DNA from: Macrostomum hystrix
Taxonomy: Eukaryota; Animalia; Platyhelminthes
Length of the DNA: 64,000 nt
Assembly: GCA_950097015.1 (NCBI GenBank)
Contig: CATNEN010000010.1
Location: 1,302,001 to 1,366,000 of the forward strand
Reading direction: 5' to 3'
The translations under genes and the position numbers were made by a program. Below, one piece after another: positions 54,699-64,000 of this stretch; position 1 is the stretch's first letter; each line of letters starts with the position of its first letter. The notes below the pieces were generated by a model, which did no database searches, was not told the DNA's origin, and saw only the letters and a list, made by a program, of their open reading frames with translations.

Positions 54699-56732
54699 TG
54701 CTGTGCAGTGGGGCGTTCGACTGGCTGAAACAAACGTTTTTTGTTATCTATTTTGCATTAAAATAAATTTTCTTGTCGACTAGTCATGAAGATGATAAAT
54801 AAAGTAATGGATGCTATTATTTAGAAAAAACAGTTTTACTATTTCTACTATTGCGCAAAATAACTACTTAACAGTTATATGTTGATAGATTATATATTAG
54901 AAAATAAAAAAAACGATTTTTAATAGCTATAGCCAATGAAAATAGCTGATACTTGAAAATGCATTTTTATTCACTATAGAAAGTTAAGTCGGATAAAAAA
55001 CGCACAAGAATGTTTGCTTAGTCATATAATTAAATAAAAAAAAATTCACTTTCACTTCTACCTCCTTTGCTTAGATCTAGATACCATATAATACAGGCAA
55101 CTTGTCAGCAAAAGCAAAATGCAAAAGCATTTAATAACAGTATAAACAGAACAAAAGTTTAACTTAAGAAACATACATAAGAAGCAGACTTGAATAAGGC
55201 TTACTAAATATAAGACAGATTAAAATCCTCGCAAAAAACTAAATTTTAGTTTTCGCTGTGATTTTTAGATATCTAATTAATTAGATTCATCGGAAGTAAG
55301 ATGCATGATTTAATAATAAAAAAGAGCCAACTATAAACAAACTAAAAAACTTGTATTTTTTTTTTTGTAAAAAGCTAGCGACTATAGGGATTATGTAAAG
55401 TCTTTCGATCTTTGAATCTAAACAAGATATTATTATATATATCGGCTGTAAAATTTTCCGTCGTCTTATCTATTTAAATTTGACACAATGATGCTATTTT
55501 AATATAAGATTTATGCAAGAATAGTAAAGCTATTATTTTTAAACGTACAAAAACATTTAAATTTATATCAATAAGTCTGTTGCATAGCATTTTCATAATT
55601 GCTAAACGTTTACTGTTGCTTAAATAAAAACACCCAATTTTTCGTTATTTCAAAATTACGTACTAAATTTTTACGTCATGCATGCGTGAACGTGAAACTC
55701 ATGTATGCGTAAACCTGCAGGCCTCTTTTTTATTTTTAAAGTCCTAATTCGATTTTTGTTCTGTTGGTATAGTATAGTTCAGACTGATTAAACACCTATT
55801 CTTGACACTTAATATAGCGCTAAAAATGTTCTTTTCAAAGTACAGTCAGCTTGACAAAAAGTCCACAGAGAGTAAATATTTATGTACTTTTATCACCTTA
55901 TTCTAATTTCGAATCTGTCAAATGCATGCATGCAATGCTGGCGTAATCCTTTATCCCGTCCTAGTTTGCTGTATTAAATTATATTGAGCTATTTGTGTAC
56001 TTAAAATGTTCACTAAACAAAAAATATGTTTATGCATAAGTGTTAGGTAGGCCTAAGCCTAAGCCAGAAATTTTAGAAACAATGTGCCACATAATAGAGA
56101 AACCTGCTAAAACCCTCTTCTGGTCTCTGGGAAATCTCAAAATATAGTTTTTATTATTTAATATTTATTAGAAGCTAACAATAGCTATTATTTTATATGC
56201 TCTTATTTTAGTTGGCCTAGTTTTGTTGGGTGCTGGTCATTTCATCAACTGCCTCATCGTCAACTTGGTTGATGAAGTGACTAACATTTAAGGGTGGTCT
56301 TACTGGCAGTTGACGAAATGACCAAGGTTTGAGGCTGCCTTATTGGCCCGTTGATGAAATAACCTCACACTGTTAGTCACTTCGCCAACCAGTTAACATT
56401 GTCAAAATTGTTATAGTGTAATGTTGTCTAGTTATCATCATGCATGGATCCAGATGCAAATTGACATTCATTGTAAGTGAACCAACATGTGAGAGAGAGA
56501 GAGAGTAGAGGGAGTTGTACGAAGAGTCACATTGCACGTTGTCATGTTTTGTTGGAAAGCATCCCTCTCCTAGAAAGCGCCCACTTTCTGAAATCCCCAC
56601 TGAATTGAAACAAACAAATTGAAACATCTTTTGACATCTGTTAATTCTCTCAATCCATCTTCACAGCCATGCACCCCCTAGCTGACAATGTGTGCCCTAT
56701 CTTGGTCTTGGTTTCAATAAAAACGTGGGTGG

Positions 56733-57375
56733 GGCTTCCGCGCATTTCGGTGCCTGTGCTTTTCGGTGCCGAGCGTTTCGGTGCCCGGTCTTGCTTTTCA
56801 GTCCCCATCCAAATTTGCATTGTCAGTCAGTAAAGCGCTTTAATACTGATGATAAAACAATACTTAAATACAAAACCATTCAAGAAGCGATTACTATCAA
56901 CATACGTTTTTATTGTTGAAACTTTCGAACAAATTTGTCGGTGCATGATTATGTCACACTGCAGCCCAAATGCCAACTGTACGGTATACTGATTGCGCAT
57001 TAGTACAGTACATTCTCTCTCTATCTGATCTTTCTCTCTCCACCTCAATGTACATGTACATTGACACTGTTGTCACTGTTGTCATTTGTCGATTTGTCGA
57101 CTTTGCGTTGTGTACATTCAAAAGGCAATGGAGCAAATTACATTTTAGCAGTGTTTCTCAGAAACGTAAGCTTTCAAACGGTAGAAAAAAACAAAGGATA
57201 AAAAACGAGCAAGGACAGGCATATTAGCCACAATTTGTATTTAAGTATTGTTTTATCATCAGTATTAAAGCGCTTTACTGACTGACAATGCAAAATTGGA
57301 TGGGGACCGAAAAGCAAGACCGGGCACCGAAACGCTCGGCACCGAAAAGCACAGGCACCAAAATGCGCGGCAACC
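56733..57375. mobile_element. MITE with ~140-bp terminal inverted repeats
   Basis: 56738-56874 is the near-perfect reverse complement of 57234-57370; flanked by (c)gtgggtgg direct repeat (8-9 bp TSD). Confidence 0.88.
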
Positions 57376-58454
57376 GTGGGTGGTACTTGAGTGGAGTGGT
57401 AAATGACACCTTTAATTGGTAGGCAGCTCTTGTGAGGTGCAAATTAGCACCATGTCTTATATCCCTAAATATCATGTCTCAACAACTGGCCCCACTAGCC
57501 AAGCCAATCTGAAATACTTAAACCTGACACTGCACCCTCCTCAAACACTGTATATAATGTCGCTTGTGCTAGGATTTCAGGAGGGCCACTCAACTTTTGT
57601 GTCTTGGCAATGGAGAATGAAAGTGTATTCAGTGCTTAGAGACTGTGCGGCCACATCAACAAGCCATATACAGTGTGATTCGTGCCAAAAGTGGCAAAAT
57701 CGAACTTGTGGAACTGGAATCTAACAAGCAAAATACAAGCGGCTTATGTGGCAAGACATGTTTGCATGGTTGTGTGCCACTTGTGGGCCTGCAGCGGAGC
57801 TCTTCCTGACTCTAGTCTACACCATAGTCAGGAATGTAGCATTGTACATGTACATTTACATAGTACTCACATGTACATGTAGATGTATGCCTGTACCCAC
57901 TTAATCTTTGTGACCTTTGTGATCTTTGTGATATATTTGTGATAACATTGCACCATGCAGTATATTTACACTACAGTATATTCGAATTCAAGGGACTGTG
58001 GTTATGTGGTATAAACTAATACACTAATTTTATTCAGTTCGACCAATATGAATATGAAAATCATTTTAACATAAGCATTCATTGTCTATATTTTTATGGA
58101 TTAGGCTATACAAGCCATTCAAGTCAAGGAATGGGTGATATTTTATTGGCAGTTGATAAAATGACCAAGGTTTGAGATTGCCTCATTGACCAGTTGACAA
58201 AATGACCAATATAGGAATCCAGTTGACAAAATGACTAGGATCCGTTTTGTTTAGTATATTAACATTAGGTACCGACATTCATTCATACATTTTATAAAAT
58301 AGTAGGTAGTAGGTTTGTAGGCCCCTTTTTTGTAAGTTGAAAATTATTTTTTGCAACTTTTTACTTGGTTAGCTTAGCTACTCAAAATAAATAAATACTA
58401 GCCTATCCACTTTGATAACAGCAACTTTAGTAGCAGCTGCTTTGGCCATATTGT

Positions 58455-59490
58455 TGGATCAGTGCAGCTTAGAAATAACAAAGGAGAGTTACCCAATAAC
58501 TTTCTTGAACCAAATTAAGAATACCTTTGGCCACTAAGCAATCAAGTTTTAACTTCATGGCATTTTGCAATCTATATGGCATTGTTCTAGGTTTCAGAAA
58601 AACTGGAACTGCACTATCTCAAGCATGGCCAAGTGTCAACTTGGCCATGAAGTTTGTCACTATTCTGCAAATCCCTATTAATATATTATCTGCTTGTTGA
58701 GCAAGAAAAGATTGCTTGGATCCATTCTCTCCCTATGCTATTCTGCTTGTCCCTGTTGACAATATATACTGTCAGATACCATTGAAATCTTAGAAATGTT
58801 TCAAAGTTTCAGTGTTTCAAAGTAACTTTGCAGCATCCCAGTAGTTGTATCTCATTACCATTGTAGTCTTTGATCTTTCCACTACATGGCAGAAGCTTTT
58901 GTTTCTATTTCAAGTGATCAAAGTCTTTGCAAAGCAACAATATGTCTGCATCAGTAACGAAGTTCACTCAGATTGATGGTTCTTTACCTTTGAAGACAGT
59001 CCTATACTGCATGTTAGATCTGAGGCTAGCAGTAAAAATATGATGCCCAAACATAAACTGGTTGCACATTCTGCCTTCCAGCTTGTGCCAAATCGACAAT
59101 CTTTTGCTGCCATTTGCGCATACATGCATGTGCTCATCCTCTCCTCCCTGTCGGAGTATCAAAAACTCACATATGGCAGCAATGGGAAGTTTTTTGGCTG
59201 AAATCGCTCTGCAAGTATTTCTTTGCAATCCTCCAAGGATTTTTTGGCAGGTTTCTCTGATACAGTGGCATCAGCTACTATATTTAAGGCATCTGACCCC
59301 ATTAGGGCAAGTTGCACATTCTTGATCATGGCTTCATTGTCTAGTTCCTGCCAGGCTACCATGGTGTTGAATTGAAGTAGCCATCAAGCAAGGTCATCTC
59401 CCCTTTTCAATGGTTCCAATAAGTCTCTTGTCCTTATTGCCACTTATTAGATCAGTGTAGCTCAGAAATAACAAAGGAAAGTCCACTTTA
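58455..59490 (-). mobile_element. Decayed Ty3/Gypsy LTR retrotransposon remnant (gag, PBS-like site, LTR-end relics)
   Basis: Frameshifted gag-like peptide (IGTIE..DDLA*WLLQF..ALMGSDAL..KPAKKSLEDCKEILAERFQPK..IAAICEF..RQ..E..); TGGCAATAAGG at 59442-59432 resembles PBS TGGCGACGAGG; ~35-bp direct copies near 58455 and 59450. Confidence 0.65.
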
Positions 59491-59794
59491 TGGTCAATGC
59501 TAGTTAAACTTATTTATAATTTGTGTTCTTTTTGGGCTTGTCTATTATTTTCTTTAATATTTGATTAGGGACTCTATGCCTGTCCCTCAAATAACTGGGT
59601 TAGCCATAAACTAAAACTGATTTTCTATGTAACTTTTATGCATATAGAAGTTCAAATACTTGTATATTAGCACATATGAAAGATGACTCATAGTTATGAT
59701 CTTATTACTTTATGGTATTAAATTTTATGCAAGTTAAAACTATATAACTATATACATAGTATACCTTTGCACTTTCTTATTAGCTACTCTTAAT

Positions 59795-59907
59795 TCTGCC
59801 ACCCTGGCCAATGTACAGGCACAGTCAGCTGCATTGGCAGCCAGTACGATCGGCAGCAGCCTTGGGCGACACTGATGGCTCCAACAGGGTGCAAAAGCAG
59901 CAGCAGT
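59795..59907 (+). pseudogene. SPCS1: Duplicated fragment of SPCS1 3' coding region
   Basis: 113 bp aligns ungapped to 61889-62001 with 7 substitutions. Confidence 0.9.
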
Positions 59908-60185
59908 TATTTGTGTTAGATATATATATTATTAACTATATCACTAGCAAACTATAGCCTGTGGCTTAGTAACTGAGATTCTGGTGTGTTTTAAAGCTAA
60001 GTACATCTATTTAGTCCTTGGGCTAGCAAGGCTGCATAACCTCTCTTACTTTCTACCAGTTGCTGGCACCCATCCTCTTGCGAAGTAATTTAAAGTACTA
60101 GGAAATTAAGTCTATATATTCATATATCACCTTGAAGATTCATGTACATATATACAACCATGGCAGTGCTCAACCTAATATTCTT

Positions 60186-61092
60186 TAATCAAATGTTTGC
60201 ACCTCAGAAAGCAAGTCCTCTTGAAAGAAATGGCACTTCAGTATTCATCTATTAAGACTTGCTTTTTAATCAAATGTTTGCACATCAGAAAGCAAGTCCT
60301 CTTGAAAGAAATGGCACTTCAGTATTCATCTATTAAGACTTGCTTTTTAATCAAATGTTTGCACCTCAGAAAGCAAGTCCTCTTGAAAGAAATGGCACTT
60401 CAGTATTCATCTATTAAGACTCCTTGCTTTTTAATCAAATGTTTGCACCTCAGAAAGCAAGTCCTCTTGAAAGAAATGGCACTTCAGTATTCATCTATTA
60501 AGACTTGCTTTTTAATCAAATGTTTGCACCTCAGAAAGCAAGTCCTCTTGAAAGAAATGGCACTTCAGTATTCATCTATTAAGACTTGCTTTTTAATCAA
60601 ATGTTTGCACCTCAGAAAGCAAGTCCTCTTGAAAGAAATGGCACTTCAGTATTCATCTATTAAGACTTGCTTTTTAATCAAATGTTTGCACCTCAGAAAG
60701 CAAGTCCTCTTGAAAGAAATGGCACTTCAGTATTCATCTATTAAGACTCCTTGCTTTTTAATCAAATGTTTGCACCTCAGAAAGCAAGTCCTCTTGAAAG
60801 AAATGGCACTTCAGTATTCATCTATTAAGACTTGCTTTTTAATCAAATGTTTGCACCTCAGAAAGCAAGTCCTCTTGAAAGAAATGGCACTTCAGTATTC
60901 ATCTATTAAGACTTGCTTTTTAATCAAATGTTTGCACCTCAGAAAGCAAGTCCTCTTGAAAGAAATGGCACTTCAGTATTCATCTATTAATACTTGCTTT
61001 TTAATCAAATGTTTGCACCTCAGAAAGCAAGTCCTCTTGAAAGAAATGGCACTTCAGTATTCATCTATTAAGACTCCTTGCTTTTTAATCAA
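60186..61092. repeat. 81-bp satellite, ~11 units with higher-order 4-unit period
   Basis: +3-nt variant at units 3, 7 and 11. Confidence 0.93.
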
Positions 61093-61691
61093 TGGAAGCA
61101 CTCATTATGCCTTGGGTCTAGCTTTTCTTAATATCTACAAATTGTATTATTAAACCTAATATTTTTCTTCACCTAGCAATACAGCCTATAGCTAAACCTT
61201 ACATAATGAACATACAAATACCTTGTCCAATTGTCATTAATGACTTATCCCTTTAAAGTATAATTTAAGGACTAATTGCAATCTTGACTGCAACTTTCAT
61301 TTCTAAAATTGAAGTAGCTTTTATAGAGTTAAAAATAAGTTTGTATCTTAAGTTTGTATAATATGAAGCTTATCTTTTATCCCTTTCTTTTGAAAATGAA
61401 GGCACAAGTTGAATTAGGCCTAAAATATTTCGTTTAGTTAGTCAAAGCACCCAAAGTCAGTTTGTATTAACCCAGCTATTATTTTTAGTGAAACCTCTAT
61501 TGCTATAAAAATATAGTTCCAGTTCAGCAATCTCTAAACCTTCTCTCACCACTAAAGTATCTTCATCTTTCCCTTATCTTATTGTTTTTGTCAATCTGGC
61601 TTGCAAGTGTCTTTTAAATACGAGTACATAGTTAAACATAGCACAGAACAACTACAACTGAACTTTGACCCCTGCCGCTGCAGCTCTGGCA

Positions 61692-62033
61692 ATGAAGTTT
61701 CTGACTGACCTGACCAGCCGCATTCCAACTCACATGGACTTCGATGGTCAGCGCAAAGCCGAGCGCACCTTCCAGCTGGTGCTGACCATCTTCGGCCTAG
61801 CTGGTCTGGCATGGGGCTACGTCTGTCAGCAGTTCTCCCAGACTGTGCTCATCCTGGCTGCCGGCTTCGCCCTGTCCGCCCTGCTGACTCTGCCACCCTG
61901 GCCAATGTACAGGCGCAGTCAGCTGCGTTGGCAGCCGGTGCGATCGGCAGCAGCCTCGGGCGACACTGATGGCTCCAACAGGGCGCAACAGCAGCAGCAG
62001 TCGGGTCGAAAGCAGGCAAAGAAGGAGAAATAA
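61692..62033 (+). CDS. SPCS1: Signal peptidase complex subunit 1 (SPC12), intronless, 113 aa
   Basis: MDFDGQRKAE..., two TM segments, LTLPPWPMYRR..L.WQ motif. Confidence 0.93.
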   Translation: MKFLTDLTSRIPTHMDFDGQRKAERTFQLVLTIFGLAGLAWGYVCQQFSQTVLILAAGFALSALLTLPPWPMYRRSQLRWQPVRSAAASGDTDGSNRAQQQQQSGRKQAKKEK

Positions 62034-62754
62034 AAAATTAATTTTAATATATTATTTAGCTAGTTCCTAAGTTCTTACAAACTGTAGGTGTTGGAGTTGT
62101 TTTACAGTATTTCATAGCACACTATGTTCAATAGAAATATTCATTCTAATTCAATTTGAATACAATATTCGAAAAATGGATTATGTATCTTTTTGGCTAA
62201 ATTGCAGCCGAGAGACGTTAAAAAACTCGCTTTCAATATTAATGTCTATGGCACTTTAAGCCGACTATAGGATCCCTCAGCTGAGAATGATTCGACCATA
62301 GACTAATGAATAGGGTAAAGCAAATGCTTAATCTGTACTCAATTATTCTATGTTGTGGATTCTTTTAATTTCAGTTGTCTTTTGTCGTGAAAGGTGTATT
62401 TTGTGGCTTGTAAAATTAATTCCAAGCATGTAGGGTTAATAGAATTAATGTGCAATCAGTTTTTCTTTATTCGATGTTCGTACTTTCTGTCTGTATAGGG
62501 GCTATCATGTTGGTCCCCAGCAAGGCGTGCCTCTGTTGCTTCTTGGTTTGATTTATTTGCTGTCATTTCTGTTATACTCTTCTATTGGCTCGAGAGGACT
62601 CACTTGCTTTTGGTGTTTGGTTTATACAAATAAAAAGGTGAGATATTTGTGCAAGTTCATTCGTTAAGTCTGATTGTTATAAATGCAGCTTGTTTTGTTT
62701 ATGCAGATTTATTGCATTTGCTGTGCTGCCTTAAATATTTTATTTTTATGGGTA

Positions 62755-63050
62755 GTATCGAGGGTTGAGGGGTAGAATCGAGGGTTGAGGGGTAGAATCG
62801 AGGGTTGAGGGGTAGTATCGAGGGTTGACGGGTAGAATCGAGGGTTGAGGGGTAGAATCGAGGGTTGAGGATAGAATCGAGGGTTGAGGATAGAATCGAG
62901 GGTTGAGGATAGAATCGAGGGTTGAGGATAGAATCGAGGGTTGAGGATAGAATCGAGGGTTGAGGATAGAATCGAGGGTTGAGGATAGAATCGAGGGTTG
63001 AGGATAGAATCGAGGTTTGAGTCGAGGGTTAAGGGTTAGAATCGAGGGTA
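62755..63050. repeat. 19-bp minisatellite (tagaatcgagggttgagga)
   Basis: Direct reading. Confidence 0.93.
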
Positions 63051-63183
63051 TGAGGAGTACAAACTATAGATAAAGGGTAGACACGGGGAAAAGCTTATTG
63101 TGAGTACTGAATAATGAGGAAAATCTCATTGCTTGTTAATAAATGTGGAATCGCTGGTCTTTCAGCAGCCCAATCAGCACCCA

Positions 63184-63582
63184 ATGTCAGCTGCCTACCA
63201 GCAGCAGCAGCAAATGGCGGCAGCTGCTCAGCGCTTTCACCAGCAGCAGCAGCAGCAGCACTTGGGCCAGCAGCCCGCCCACATGCAATCCAGTGGACCG
63301 ATGTTCCATTTCGGCATGATTCCGCTTCATCATCAGCAGCAGCAGCAGACGCCGCCACTGCCGCAGCATTCTTCGCCGCATCATCAGCTGTCCCAGATGC
63401 AGCAGCCAAACCCGCCGGCACCTCCGATTCAGCAGCAGCAGCAGAAGGGTCGATCGCCGAACAAAATAAGCACCGTGCTCACCAATGTGCAGCGACGCAA
63501 TATACAGACTACTGCCCAGTTTGAGGTCAGAGAGCTGACACTGCACCAGCTGGCGGCTCAGGGCGAGCTCAACCTGCTGCAG
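63184..63582 (+). CDS. ANKRA2: Ankyrin repeat family A (ANKRA2/RFXANK-like), first coding exon with polyQ-rich N-terminus; rest outside window
   Basis: STVLTNVQRRN...LTLHQLAAQGEL matches the pre-ankyrin motif of RFXANK/ANKRA2; donor CAG|GTGAGA. Confidence 0.8.
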
Positions 63583-63726
63583 GTGAGATGCTCAAGTTTT
63601 GGGGTTCTTGACTAATCTAGGATTGTGCTCACAGGTATAAATAGTGCACTTATTATAAAGTTATTTTTAAGTAGTTAACAATACCCACAGGCGATAAACA
63701 GGTACCCAGGTAGCATCCGCAAGTAG

Positions 63727-64000
63727 TTGTCAGTCACAGGTGGTACACACACCTAGTTGTCACGCACAGGTGGTACACACACCTAGTTGTCAGTCACAGG
63801 TGGTACACACACCTAGTTGTCACGCACAGGTGGTACACACACCTAGTTGTCAGTCACAGGTGGTACACACAGCTAGTTGTCAGTCACAGGTGGTACACAC
63901 AGCTAGTTGTCAGTCACAGGTGGTACACACACCTAGTTGTCAGTCACAGGTGGTACACACAACTAGTTGTCAGTCACAGGTAGAACACACAGCTAGTTGT
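63727..64000. repeat. 30-bp minisatellite in ANKRA2-like intron
   Basis: cacaggtggtacacacacctagttgtcagt. Confidence 0.93.

Overview
Eukaryotic (animal) genomic DNA, inferred to be invertebrate and possibly flatworm (Macrostomum-like): GC3-rich exons, TTAGGG telomeric motif, very dense minisatellites. The left half holds the 5' part of a Cav2-type voltage-gated calcium channel alpha-1 gene on the minus strand. I traced 24 exons from 33873 to 1674 by hand, phase-consistent from the N-terminus to domain III S3; the gene runs off the window's left edge. It has a U12 AT-AC intron and two pairs of duplicated, apparently mutually exclusive domain-II exons: voltage-sensor S3-S4, and pore-loop/S6. Both pore-loop/S6 copies end in U12-type donors, an architecture that would enforce exclusivity by U2/U12 spliceosome incompatibility. 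A candidate 84-aa signal-peptide plus single-TM gene lies antisense inside the first Cav2 intron. The right part holds a calcyphosin-like gene (3 exons, 208 aa, minus), intronless SPCS1, and the first coding exon of an ANKRA2/RFXANK-like gene. Between CAPSL and SPCS1 is an AT-rich island with a MITE, a decayed Ty3/Gypsy gag and a CpG-decayed SPCS1 fragment. tRNA-derived SINEs, an interstitial telomeric tract and more than 25 tandem-repeat arrays account for most long ORFs in the track. Splice junctions and repeat boundaries were read by eye; repeat boundaries are approximate.
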